A DNA stretch of 64,000 nucleotides, taken from contig JAUGWO010000009.1 of the NCBI GenBank assembly GCA_049724395.1, positions 62,001 to 126,000 on the forward strand. Direction: 5' to 3'. Positions 49,090 through 61,949 of the stretch are shown in pieces. Below the pieces are notes generated by a model. That model was not told the DNA's origin. It did no database searches and saw only the letters and a list, made by a program, of their open reading frames with translations. Within the stretch, counting starts at the first letter, position 1, and each line of letters begins with the position of its first letter. The stretch comes from Spongospora subterranea f. sp. subterranea (lineage: Eukaryota). The position numbers were made by a program, and so were the translations under genes.

Positions 49090-52000
49090 ATGCTGCGTTG
49101 TTATACATCGTTGCAGCGAAATCGTACGGCCTCAAATTCTGTCCACATTCCGTCATCGTCAAATTAACTGGGTCGGGTGTCTTTAGTATCAAAATGCTGC
49201 CCAAATGCGGTAAAGGCTGCTCATTTCTCTGGCCAAGTCAAAGCGGCTCCGCCAGTTCCGCCTACACCGGCGCCAGCCCCTGCAAATATTATCACAGTTA
49301 CCGTTGACGGAAAGGAGATTCTCTGTGATAAGAATATGACTGTACTACAAGCTTGTGAAGAAGCTGGAGCCGAAATTCCCAGATTTTGTTATCATCCTCG
49401 GCTTTCCATAGCTGGAAATTGCCGAATGTGCCTAGTAGAGGTTTGTTTCTGCTAACTATAGCAAACATTTTGATCAAACTGGTTATGATCGAAGGTCGTA
49501 AAGTCGCCCAAGCCAGTAGCATCGTGCGCGATGCCTTTAATGCCCGGGATGATAATAAAAACGAACACTCCGTTGGTCAAGAAAGCAAGAGAGGGAGTCA
49601 TGGAATTCTTGCTGATCAATCACCCATTAGATTGCCCAATTTGCGATCAGGTATCTGATACACACCGTTTTGCTGTGCAGAATTTACATGATGAATCTGA
49701 ATCAGGGTGGGGAATGCGATCTACAAGACCTCTCAATGGACTACGGTAGTGACCGTGGCAGATACCGCGAGTGGAAGCGCACTGTCGAGGATAAGGTGAA
49801 TTCTGGCGTTTTTGTCAATGCTGCGATTTAACAAATATTATTTCAGTATATTGGTCCATTTGTCAAGACGGTTATGACCCGATGTATCCATTGCACTCGC
49901 TGTACAAAATTTCGCCAAGTAACTTTCTGAAAATTCGTTTAACTAGCATTTCAGGTGTTCGTTTTGCCGAAGAAGTCGCGGGAGTTCCCGACCTTGGAGC
50001 CACCGGTCGAGGCAACACTGTTGAGATTGGAACATATTTTGAAAAGCCGTTTGGTAACCTTGCCAGCGAACTCTTAATAGTCGGTTTGTCATTTTACAAT
50101 TGTTCGCAGATTCGGAATTGTCAGGCAATTCCATTGATTTATGTCCTGTTGGGGCTCTTACTTCTAAACCTTTTGCGTTTGCAGCACGTCCTTGGGAACT
50201 CCAAAAAACAGGTCGGCGCTTTGTCATGATAGGTTTTCTAGAATCTTTCCAGCTTAAAGTTTGTACTCTTAAATTACATCGGTTAATTCAAATTCGAAAA
50301 ATTGCGTTCATAGCTCTATTTTTTAGACACAATCGATGTTCATGACGCTCTGGGTGCTGCAATTCGTGTAGACGCGCGTGGCTCCAAGGTAGAAACAAGC
50401 GTTTACGTTTGCATAGTTGCTTTACCCTCGTTAAGGTTCTTCGGGTCCTTCCCACCGTCAATGAAGACGTGAATGAGGAGTGGATATCAGACCGCTCTCG
50501 TTTTGCATACGATGGGTTACATCTTCAACGTTTGGATACTCCCTTAATCCGCCAATCTGATGGTTAGTGCTTGGGTACCTGTCATCATTTCACCTGCCCC
50601 AACATTTAGCCTCAGGCTCTTTGGCGGTTTCCAGTTGGCAAGACGCGTTTTCAGCCATCAAGAGCGCTTTGGAACCGGTTGACGCTAGAACCCAGATGCG
50701 CGTACTCGCTGGAGATTTGGTCCCGGTAGAGTTTTTTCTTAGACATTTCTAATACTTTGCTGAATGAATCACATCTTAGGCTGAAGCGTTGATGTGCATG
50801 AAGGATTGGGCAAACTCTCTAGGGTGCAATAACATTGATTGTCGTACATCAAACGACCAGGTTTGGTTCTTGTGCTTGGTGGAATACTGCTTTTTCTGAA
50901 AAAAAATGTTTGCAGACGGTGGCTGATCTACGTTCAAGCTACGTTTTCAATTCTGGGATCACAGGAATTGAAGATGCCGATTTCATTCTGTTTATTGGTA
51001 TGTTTTGTAATCTCCCGTGATGTCACCTGTATAACGCTTTCACCAGGAACAAATCTTCGCATGGAGGCTCCAGTTCTTAATGCCCGGATTAGACGTTGCC
51101 AAGAAGAAACAGGGTCGCTGAAACTTGCGTCCATCGGTCCTGTTTATAAGGACGTTACAAAAGGATGTCAACAGGTATTAAGCATTGTGTCTTATTTTGC
51201 CCTACTCAATCCCTCATTAGTTAGGAGATGATGCCGACATTCTCAATCAGATTGCGAACGGCAAGCACCCATTATCGAAGGAGATGGCTAAAGCGAAACG
51301 TCCTATGGTTATCATCGGGCAATCGATAATGAGGCGACCGGTATAGTGACTGCCCGTTTGCAACGCGAATTCAAACTGTTTCTTTTCATTATTTAGGATC
51401 TTGCTATGTTTCAGTCTGCAATTTCAAAGTTGTCGACCTCAGTTGCCATGAATCTTGTAACTGCAGATTGGAATGGGATCAATGTTCTTCAGCTGGATGC
51501 TGCTCGGACAGCTGCTCTAGATATCGGATTCGTTCCAACAGGACCAAAGCCGTCAAATCCACCAAAATTTTTGTATCTGTTGGGAGCGGATTCGTTTGCT
51601 GAATCGGAGGCTCCATCAAAATCGACATTCGTTGTCTATCAAGGTTGCATCAACTGTAGTGCTGCAGTTTTGTCGCTGACATAATCAAATGTTTAGGGAG
51701 TCATGGTGATCTTGGGGCGTCCTGCGCCAACGTCATTCTTCCTTCAACTGCGTATACGGAATCGTCTGGGATTTTCGTTAATACGGAGGGTCGCCCACAA
51801 ATGACAACGAGGGCAACAACGCCAATAGGCATTGCAAGAGACGACTGGCAGATTATTCGTGCCCTAAGCGGTAAGCAATGTCAAACGATGTTGGGTTCTT
51901 TGATTCATTAGCACACTGTTGCTCGCCAACAGTTGCTATTTTTGGTTTTTAAACTAGTTAACTCATCTTGATGTCCTCAGAGGCGGTTGGAAAGGGTAAA

Positions 52001-52264
52001 CCCCTTCCGTATGACTCAGTGCAAGATGTGCGGCAACGTCTGATCGACCTGTGTCCTCACTTCGAGCACCTTGGAAAGGTTGAATCCCCGATTGGGTTTA
52101 GCGCATGGAATGCATCGCCTTTACCATCATTTGCCATCAAATCCGGGAAAATCGCTCCGGCCATTACCAATTTTTTCACAACAAATGTCATCGCACGTGC
52201 GTCTAAAAATCTAGCCCGTGCCCAAGCTGAACTCAAAAACAGCACAAACAGTTATATCGAATAA
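49090..52264 (+). CDS. NDUFS1: NADH:ubiquinone oxidoreductase 75-kDa subunit (NuoG/Nad11), nuclear-encoded with many introns
   Basis: Presequence from ATG 49090; [77 protein letters not shown] and NEEWISD. Confidence 0.96.
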
Positions 52265-52461
52265 ATTTTTTTTGTCAAATAGAGCAACGAACCAGTGAAA
52301 TGTGATTTATCAGAAGCAGACAGAGCATTTTAAAATAAGGAACTTGTCTTGTCATGGCGCCATTAGCAACAACTATGTACCAAATAAAGATTGTAATCAG
52401 ATGGCGACTGTGACCGTGATCTTAAGGTACATTGGATGACCTAATCTAGATAAATTATACA

Positions 52462-53673
52462 ATGCCATGCCTCAACACGATCAAACATCAGTGCCAATCC
52501 ATGGTAAAAACATTGCTATTTGCGATGGCGATTTTGTCCCCAATAGTCCAAAGCGACTGGTCATACGATGATCAGGACCAGTGGCCATCAACCTGTACTG
52601 CTGAATCTATGCAATCGCCAATCAATATCGCCCTAGACAATATCCATCACGACGACAACATCGCTCGCGCTATTCGTTGCACGTATCTTGATGATGGGAA
52701 TCGGCCGTTCAGCGGGGCGATCTACAATGCCGACACCACATTCCGTTTAATGATTGATTCCGACGCCAATCACTCCTGCGTAGGGATCCCGTTTAGGGGA
52801 CTGAATCGGTATCTCCTCAGCTTTATCGACCTGCATTGGGATCGCTCCAATGAGAATCATGGCACTGAGCACAGCTTCGACGGCCAGTTCGGTGATCTAG
52901 AGCTGCATTTCATGCATTATAACGATAAATATTCGACTTACGATGAGGCATCTAGACGGGAAGACGGCATATTAGCTTTGGCCGTATTATATTCACACCC
53001 GACGAAGCAGGAACAAGCCAACGACGTGATTGGCAACGACGAAATCCTGCGATTCGCCTTGGCCACGGCCGTCAACAACTCCCCGCGTCTCGCTTTTACC
53101 GGAACTGATACTCTCCAGGACGGGTCTAGATCCATTTAGACAAAGGAGGTTCTATTCTTATCAAGGATCGCTGACAACCCCTCCATGTTCTCAGGTAAAA
53201 AACAGCAGATCATTTCTTCCCTCGTTGAGATCTGTTTCTTTCGCCATTTATGAGGTTGATCATCGGTTTTGCGACATGACTGAGCAATCTGTGAAATCAG
53301 GGTGTTGTTTGGATTATCCCTGAAGGTCAAGGTATTGTCGGCATTGATGCGCTGACCGCTTTGCAATCGCGGCGGAACAGCGCTGGCAAAGATATGAGTG
53401 GAAACGTATGGAGATTATGTATTTTCGACATCTTTCCTTGAATGTAACTTCTAGGTCCGCTCCATTCAAGCGACCAGTTCCCGTCCGATCTTAGCCTCTT
53501 GGGACATATCAGAACAGGCCAATGATCACGCGAATCTTTTGATGCTGATCGTGTCGATGGTCGGTGCTGGGTTGGTTATTGTTTGCCTGATTGGGCTCGT
53601 ATGGACCAAGTACTGGCAGAGCCAAGAATATCGGGGATCTGAGCGGATCCCACGCCGAAACGATCACGGTTAA
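52462..53673 (+). CDS. Type I membrane alpha-carbonic anhydrase(-like) with atypical Zn site and an apparent frameshift
   Basis: Signal peptide, WSY, QSPINI, DLHW..GTEH..ELHFMH, GILALAV, Y.GSLTTPPCS, VVWI, N|VRSIQ and a C-terminal TM. Stop at 53671-53673; the frame changes near 53080. Confidence 0.85.
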
Positions 53674-54360
53674 GGACGCAATGGCATATACATAACCATA
53701 ATCAATGTCAATCATTGGTTAGATTTGCCAAGTCGTTGTTCAATACACAATATTTAGATCCATCAATACCCATTCCAGATAGTGGTGTGTCATATTGCGC
53801 AAATCGGTACATGAACTTTGACCCATCATTGAGAATGGCTGTCCGACATGATGTGGCAGCTACACGTCCCGACAACATTGCGAAATACGCCCCCTGTGCA
53901 CACAATTTCATGGTTTAGCTCCATGGCAAACGCTTGCTACACAATCAACCGGGTAGACCAGCTGGCACTTGAAACGGCAGCGATGATACCAGTTGGGTGT
54001 TGCTGACCAATGGGGCCTCCCACTACACCTGGGCCACGTCGCCAACACAATTGTGGGTCATGTTACCGAACCCTGTGAGCGTGGGTGGCGTGTGTGTGTG
54101 AAAATGTCTGTGAGGAGAGGCGATGACTGGTCGGGTGGTCGGTAGTATGAGGGCTGTGCTGTGCAGGGAGGGACCGAGGCCTCGCTCCCTTCTTTTTCGT
54201 ATCGTCTCTTATTGTATCAATAGGGTTAACACGCCGGTCCACAAGGCGCTTGCCCTCATCGCTGGGGCAGTACTGGCCGACGACCGCTGGAGTTAGGTGA
54301 CCAGATTGGCGCTGTTGCCGGCTGTACGACGCTGGCCGTCATCGAGATCCAACCGCCAAT

Positions 54361-55594
54361 ATGGCATTTCTCTTCAAATCGAAACGGAAGCGATTATCGG
54401 GTGGCGCCGAAGAACTGTGCTTGAGTCCGGAGACGGCTGCCATCAAGGAATGGTTCGCCTCTCGAGAGTCACTGCAGCTGAGCCTGCTGCAGCTCGGTCC
54501 AACCCTCGGAACGGGCACCTTCGGTCGCGTTCGACTGGCTACTGCGGTTATTGATGGAAATCCCAAATACGTGGCTCTGAAAACGCTCAAAAAGAGCGAA
54601 ATTATTCGGTTGAAGCAAGTCGAACATATCAAGGACGAAAAACAAATTCTGAATTCGATATGCCATCCATTTATTGTCAATTTCTACACATCATTTCAGG
54701 ACGAAGTAGAGAGCAGCGTCAAACATCTAGTCGCCTCAATCTTATGTTTTTTTACAGAAGCGTTTATATATGGTTATGGAATACGTGATCGGTGGCGAAT
54801 TGTTTTCTCAACTTCGGAAGGCTCGACGATTTTCAAATGACGCTAGCAGGTCACGTTCGCACCTTTAACTTTTGACAATTATTCATTGGCTGGGCTTTTA
54901 GGTTTTATGCCGCAGAAATTGTGTTGGCTTTAGAATTTTGTCACGATCGTAATATTGTCTATCGCGATCTTAAACCTGGTTTGTACCATTGCAATCTCCT
55001 GCTGTCACTTAGCATATAATGATCTGACTTTTCCATTTAGAGAATATCCTAATCGACAAAGAAGGTCATGTGAAGATCACAGATTTTGGATTCGCAAAAT
55101 TAGTCGAAGATCGAACATGGACATTATGCGGAACACCAGAGTATCTTGCGCCTGAGATCATTCAAAGCAAAGGTCATGGAAAGGCGGTTGATTGGTGGGC
55201 GTTAGGGGTCCTCATATTTGAGATGTGTGCTGGATATCCACCATTCTACGATGAAAATCCTTTCGGAATTTATCAGAAGATTCTGGACGGGACCGTGGAT
55301 TTTCCTAAGCACTTCGACCCAAACGCCAAGGATTTGGTCAGGCGGCTTCTAACAGCCGACAGGACCAAGCGATACGGCTGCTTAAAAGCCGGCGTCGAAG
55401 ACATTAAAACTCACAAATGGTTCAAAGGTATCGATTGGGAAGCGACAATTCAACGACAGTTGGTGCCTCCGTTTATCCCAAACTGTGCATCAGAGAACGA
55501 TACTGCCAACTTCGATAAATACCCCGACTCTGTCGAACGACAACGTCCTCCCGAACTTTCTGCTGCAGACGCTGCTCTTTTCGAATCTTTTTAG
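54361..55594 (+). CDS. PKAC: cAMP-dependent protein kinase catalytic subunit (PKA-C/PRKX type)
   Basis: [63 protein letters not shown] and the C-terminal FxxF motif; three introns. Confidence 0.96.
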
Positions 55595-55645
55595 CTTTTA
55601 AACTCATTGAGAATGTATAAACGACGCTATATCATGATATTTTCA

Positions 55646-56473
55646 TTATTTTTTCATCTCGATATCGGATGTTTGCGTGCTACAAATGTTCAAGGTATTC
55701 CGCCGATTGGCCAACCTTGGAGCATGGATTGACAAGTTGTTATCAAGCTCTGTCAATAATAGGCGCAGCGTTTCTGCTGCATCCTTTACTGATGAGAGCG
55801 CACGACTTTCCTGATACTGTTTTACACCTAATTGCCTGAGGATTTCGTCAACTACTTCAATCGCTGAGATCATCCAACAGTGAATCTGTTTCCTGAAAAA
55901 ACACTCGAAATCAGGATTCAAACAGAAGCGGAACAACGAACAATCCTTTGCCTACTCGTCTTCAAGGCAAAAATCCCCATCGTCGTCGTATTCCTTGGTG
56001 GCAATATTCGCAGGAGAGCTTGCATCAACGGTTTCCGCATCGACTGGATTGTCGTCTTTCAAGATAATTGTTTGCAAACGCGGGGTTGTTGGCGGCGACC
56101 CAGACAACCTCCATCTTTCGGACTGCACCTCTGACATCAACCGATCACGATCACGATTCAATTCTGCCTTCTGCAGCTCGATGTCGAGGGATTCCATATC
56201 CAAGACAGCGCGGCGAGTTTGACGTTTAAAGGACCGTCGCTGTAGCCGTGTTGCTTCGATTGCATCGCGTATTGAACGGGTTTCCGCTCGAACGGACTCG
56301 TACATCATTGCATGTTGATGATGTTGGGAAATCAGGCCACGTAAAACGGCGCGGCGTCGGTCGACTTGATCGCGAACCTTATCGACGACGTCTTGATAGG
56401 ACTGCTGAAGATGGGCCAACTGAATCTGACTCGCTATAAACTGATATAAAATGCGATCTTCCTCCTTGACCAT
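55646..56473 (-). CDS. Hypothetical coiled-coil protein, two exons
   Basis: ATG-initiated heptad-rich ORF 55952-56473 plus a downstream exon in 55646-55936. Confidence 0.55.
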
Positions 56474-56614
56474 ATATCATTCGTTCGATGGGCGCAGGTA
56501 TTAGCGATCGTCCTCAAGTACTAATCCTCTGTCCCATTAATGTCCATCTCTCCATTGGCAAACAATCACCGATTAATGACGTAATACATAGAAAATGAGA
56601 TTTATTTAATGCAT

Positions 56615-57586
56615 TTAGAGGGTTTGTGAATCAATTTCAGATCGAATCTGTCGAAGAAGAGACGTTGCGCCTTTATCTTTGAGCGCTAGCCCGAGGTTTT
56701 GTCCCAGACGGTCAGCCTCTGGTTGCGTTAGACACGATCCAGATAAAGTCTCCTCGATCATCTGTTCTCCGTCTAAGCCGATTACTGCTCCATATATCGT
56801 CATAACCCCATCGACCAGCTTGGCATTGACCCCGATCGGCACCTTGCACCCGCCTTCCAACGTTCGTAACAGCGCTCTCTCGGCGACACAAACAAGAGCC
56901 GTGCCGGCGTCGTTCAGGGAATGAGCTTCCCTGTAGGCCCGTTGGTCATCATCGCGGCATACAACAGCCAATGCGCCTTGCGACACCGCATATGGCCAGT
57001 CAGTGAGATGAATAGAGATCATGGCGTCCATGTTCAAACGGTGCAGAGCGGCGGCGGCAAGGATCACTCCATCAACGCGGCCTTGATCAATCAATGTCAA
57101 TCGGGTTTGAATGTTTCCTCGAATATCAACGCACTCGATATGAGGATGATGACGGCGTAGGAGAGCTCGGCGTCGCACTGATGATGTACCGATTCGGGTT
57201 CCGGAAGGAAGATGGTTGAGAGAAGACACAGAGTCTCGTAAAACAACGACGTCGTGCTTATGTTTTCGATCGAGAACGGCAGCCAGCATAACGCCTTCTG
57301 GCAGGATCGTCGGCAAATCTTTGAACGAATGCACAGCTAGACGAATTTGCCCTGACATTAGGGCTCGGTCTAGGTGACGAGTGAATACACCTTTGTTGCT
57401 GAATTGCGACAACGGCGTCGTCTGATCGACATCGGCTTCCGATGTGATATTTACAATGGGGAACGCGCTTTCAGCCGCTCCAGCGTGACGATGGCGCAAC
57501 TCCGTTTGCACCAGGCGAGATTGCCAAACCGCCAGTGGCGACGCCCTACCGCCAATAACGATAGGTGTCGGGTCGAGTTCAGCCAT
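56615..57586 (-). CDS. hemC: Porphobilinogen deaminase (hydroxymethylbilane synthase); intronless
   Basis: GGRASPLA.WQ, KGVFT, AVHSFKDLPT, GTSSVRR, IRGNIQTRL, AVSQGAL and ERALLRTLEGGCKVPIG (cofactor Cys). Confidence 0.96.
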   Translation of the reverse strand: MAELDPTPIVIGGRASPLAVWQSRLVQTELRHRHAGAAESAFPIVNITSEADVDQTTPLSQFSNKGVFTRHLDRALMSGQIRLAVHSFKDLPTILPEGVMLAAVLDRKHKHDVVVLRDSVSSLNHLPSGTRIGTSSVRRRALLRRHHPHIECVDIRGNIQTRLTLIDQGRVDGVILAAAALHRLNMDAMISIHLTDWPYAVSQGALAVVCRDDDQRAYREAHSLNDAGTALVCVAERALLRTLEGGCKVPIGVNAKLVDGVMTIYGAVIGLDGEQMIEETLSGSCLTQPEADRLGQNLGLALKDKGATSLLRQIRSEIDSQTL

Positions 57587-57741
57587 CTGCTGTTACCGGA
57601 CCCCTCCGACCGTTGCCCCCTGGGTGTGTCGGCGCCTGTCGCCCTTCGACAGTGCCGGGCACCGATAACCAGGACGGAGTTTCATCAGCAACATCAATCA
57701 TCGTCACCCTCTATACGTACACTCTGTCACTGTACATCATG

Positions 57742-59431
57742 TTACACCACAGTGCGTGGAAGTGCTAAATAACTGCCATGGACGGTGTATGTATACCGCA
57801 AACTCCGGTGGCTGCACGGGTTGACGCCAGCGATGATCAAGAAACATGTTGGCCAACCGACCCTGTGTTCATGAACCGAGGCCACCCAATTTCTGTGCAG
57901 TTGCATTAATCTTGTCACGTATGAATTGACAGTCGCACCGCTGGACGGTGTCAACAACGGCGCCTCCGCCGATATCGTCTCAATCGACTGACCGTTTTTG
58001 GTAAAGCTGTCCGCGAGTCTCTTCCGCCAGGTCTTCACTGTTAACTTACCTCTGCGCGGTGAAAAAGAAGGGATCCATTACGATTTGTCATCGCTGAAGA
58101 TTACCATGCGTTTTTTTGTACATTGGCCAGAACGCGTCCAATCGAAGTGCTCAAGAACGTTTTTCGAAAAACCATTAGCATGTAAAGATGTATTTTGCTG
58201 TTCCCGATGTCATAAATAGTGTTTCGATGACAGACATTCTGGGCCGCTATTGTCTATTTTCGAGTGACCATGCCTGGTGGTGATGTCACCATACCAGTTG
58301 GCGTAAATCCACCAGACAATACCAGACGACAGCGTCGAATCACGAGCTTGGCGAAAGCAAATCCAGGCGGAAGTAATCGAATGGTATGAACTTCAAAATC
58401 CAAAAAAGTATTAGAGAATGGAAATTTCATATTGAAATACATTTCAAACGAACGAGTTCACCGCAAGGACGTTTCAGTTGGCCATTTTTCTGGGTTATCC
58501 CCAGCATTGAACACGCTCTTGGGCACTTCGGTTGGACGCATTATGGCCAGCATTACGAATCTTCTTTCTGATGACACCGGGATATTCAGGTCCAAGTTCA
58601 AAATTTTTTTGGGCAAAAACCCTGGGCATTTTGCTCAACAAAATTCGTCCCCAAACGCATCGCGCAAGTTTGTTTGTAAAACCCTATAGTTTGTAAACTT
58701 CGCGCATCCAAACGGTCAACATCTTTTTGAAGCAAATTTGCCGTCTGAGTAAGTAAATGTGGCTGTTATTCCCTTTTTGATTCTCACCTCGGCAAGTCTT
58801 TTTAATGACAATGATCGCTTGGTTTTTGCCGTTTACGAGGATCTTATCCAGGAGACCACGTAGGATATCGAGTTTGAACCGAAAACAAACTGCTAGTTGA
58901 GCTAAACTGACATTACGCGGTGATATTTGATTCGCCCCTGCTCCGGTCACTTCCCTGCTTTCGAATCGGAGCGGAGCGCGGTGCTCGAACTCCATGAGTT
59001 GCTCTTGATAAAGTTATCTGTTGGTTGACCTTGCACCGATCACATATAGCTCTCAAACTGATCAGAAACGGTTCGTTATAACGCAAATCAAAAGGTGAAT
59101 GCACCCAAAACATGTTGGTTTTCAATCGGTTGAAAACAGAAACGGCAATTACTGAGTAATCAATCATCGATGAACCTGATCTTCTGTTTTGTCTTATGAC
59201 AACGTTGGCCAACGCATTTCTAATGACCGTGTTTTCGTTCGCCTGCCCGGCGTAGCTTATCGGCAGAGTTGATTTTCGACCTCTCCGCTTGTTAACTGCA
59301 GCATTGAGAGCACAAATTTGTCGAAACCGCGCCGGCCGCAGGGCTTCTGGACAAATGATCAAACTGGAAAAGTTGCTTTCTGTTCCACGGCGGTTGGCAA
59401 CGACAATAAGTGGAATCAGAACGTCTGCCAA
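57742..59431 (-). CDS. Probable spliced hypothetical protein
   Basis: Several protein-like minus-strand open segments (58913-59431, ~58470-58590, 57742-58038). The exon structure was not resolved. Confidence 0.3.
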
Positions 59432-60334
59432 AGACCAAAATCACTGACAAAAACCAGAGGTGTAATTCTCTGAATTAAACCAATGCTTCTGCGTGCGTTC
59501 GCCCATTAAATCGCCGAAAGTTTGCCGAGATTGCCCACCGGCGATGAAATCAAATATTTACCGATCCTCGCGTCGTGTCTGTCTTGCTGAAAAGACATTC
59601 GAAGGTCGTTGGAAAAATTGCTTCGCGCATCAAGTTGAGGAAACTTTAGCGACAGATCACAGATCGCTCAGCTAATTTTTTTTCTTTTTAAAGGTAATTT
59701 CGTCTTGTCAAAGCCAGATCATCACTTAACTACCATGGCTTTGTAGGGGTCGTTGCGAAAAAGAGAAAACGGAACGGGACAGAGCAGTCGCCGCCACATT
59801 TCGGGTTTGTCAGGATTTGCCATCAATCCATCGGGTGATCAGTGCAGTGCATAGAACCAGTTCGATCGAGTTCGGCCAGGTTTCTGCAACCAGACAATAT
59901 CTGTAGCTGATCATCGCCATCATGCGCAAAGGGCAGTACCGATCTCGAGCACGTTTCCACCTTTTGGGGAATTCCGGATTCGATGTAGCGAAAGCAACAG
60001 GAGCAAGACCTATTATTACTTTGAAGGGAGGCAACAGATTCAGTTGCCTCATCTACATTATACGAAAAGCGCATATGCTTGCATAGGAGTTGAACAAGCA
60101 CATGGAACGAGACTGATTAGTGCTGGTCGGTGAGATCGGCAGATGGATGTAAATACACATGTTGTTGGTGAATCCACCAAAACGAGAAGAAAACAACCGA
60201 CGTATCTTTGGTAGTACAAACAACTGGTGACAGAACGGGCTTTGGAGTTGTTTCGTAAAACTCGATCAAAACTCGACTTGGGTTTATATAAAATGGACAA
60301 GGTATATTCTAACTGCACTCTGAATCAAAGTTTG

Positions 60335-60856
60335 TCATCTCCTTGGCAGGGCGTCAGGAAATTCGCTCTCGTATGTTTTCTGTGGGCGGACTTGAGCGCG
60401 CTCGTTGACGTCCAGACCGAATCCGGGATTGAACTTGCGTGTGTACAGCGACATATCGCGAAGGAAATCAGGATCTTGTTCACATGGTACCTCCCGGGCC
60501 TTCCTAATCGACCCATTTGACGGATTCATGGTTAAGGTGGGTGCCTTCACGTTGGCGGTGGCGGTTGACAATGTCGAGGAAAATATCATCTCTCTGGTTT
60601 TATCGTAATGATCCTGGCGCCTGGCAGTCTCGATTCTGCGCACACCAGAGGTCTGCATGGGAAAGGACAACGCCGGTTCACTGGCGTCAACGGGAGACCG
60701 TTTCAACAGTTGCACAGTCGGTAATTGAACAATTGGGGCAGGTTTTCGAGGAACCGACAAAATCGGCACAGGTTCAGGCAGCGGCGGTCGCTCCTCTTCT
60801 TCGTCCGAGTCGTCCCACGAATCTGGTATTTTCCTGATATTGCCTCCTTTTCGCAT
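60335..60856 (-). CDS. SUZ-domain protein (SZRD1-like)
   Basis: IPDSWDD, VQLLKR and RRQDHYDKTREMIF resemble the SUZ pattern (SWE..., ILKR..., RE..Y..AR.RIF). Confidence 0.6.
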   Translation of the reverse strand: MRKGGNIRKIPDSWDDSDEEEERPPLPEPVPILSVPRKPAPIVQLPTVQLLKRSPVDASEPALSFPMQTSGVRRIETARRQDHYDKTREMIFSSTLSTATANVKAPTLTMNPSNGSIRKAREVPCEQDPDFLRDMSLYTRKFNPGFGLDVNERAQVRPQKTYESEFPDALPRR

Positions 60857-61949
60857 GGCAATAATCCCAGATGCCCTAAACGAGCCAGCCTGGGTACTCC
60901 TTGTACTGGCCTTTTCCGATCGAGCCGCCGATGAATGGCGCTGTCGCGCAGTTTCACCTCCAGTGTATGTATCAGAATAGTTCAGAAAGCGCCGACGGCG
61001 ACGGCCTTCTCCTTATATCGGTCGACTTGGTATCGAAAATGAGCCCAGCGCCAGTCCCTTGGTAATACTGCCTGGGACAGACTGTGCCCCTTCACAATCT
61101 ATTCAAAAACAGCTTTGATTTGTAAAGCCAGCATCGAAAGTTGAAGAAACGACACAGTACTTTTTTTATTTCTTCCTTCGATTCGAACGTTTTTTGTCAA
61201 CTACACCCGAAAAAAAAATTCTTGTTCAGCAACGTCAAATTGATCATTTCGGTACAAGTTTCCAATGCAAGATTTGTTCTACCATCGTTTGTAGTTACCC
61301 GGATTAAACTGACATCCCCGGGCGCGATCCTTTACTGGGAAATAGATTGACAGTTTTGCAGCGGGGCGACCGGCCAGGACAGGTTGCGGGAACCTTCAGG
61401 GCTTTGCCAAAAGTAGAAGAAATATGGTTGGTAGAAAAATCGCCGTTGTGTACTCTGAAAGGGAGCAATGTGGATATTGTGCATACGCGACGCATCAGAT
61501 TCGATGGAGAGAAAGATTCAGAAATAATGAGGCTAAAGCCAGCGACTACAGAATAATCAAATTATACACCAGGTGTGATTGTCGGGAAATATGGCTCTAA
61601 TTTCTAACCATGAGGTTAACTGAACTTGACCAAGATGTACGTGGTAGATCAACTGGGTAGCGACGAGGAGGGTGCTAGGAGCAGTTGAAGTTGAATCTCC
61701 ATTCAACAGGTTGTCGTCTTTGTTGTTTTGGTTTTCATACAAATGAGCAAACGCTCGCAGGAGGAAGTATTGATCTCAACCAGGGCAGCGCTTTGGACTC
61801 TTGGTTTCGACAGAAACAACGTCGATGCCACTTTTTAGCTTCTCGGACTGAGTTCCCGCGGGCATTGAACTTCGTATGGATTATTTGGAGCTATGGCCTG
61901 CTGGTGATATTATGCAGGATTGGCAGTCAATATTCCATTTCTATGGTCA

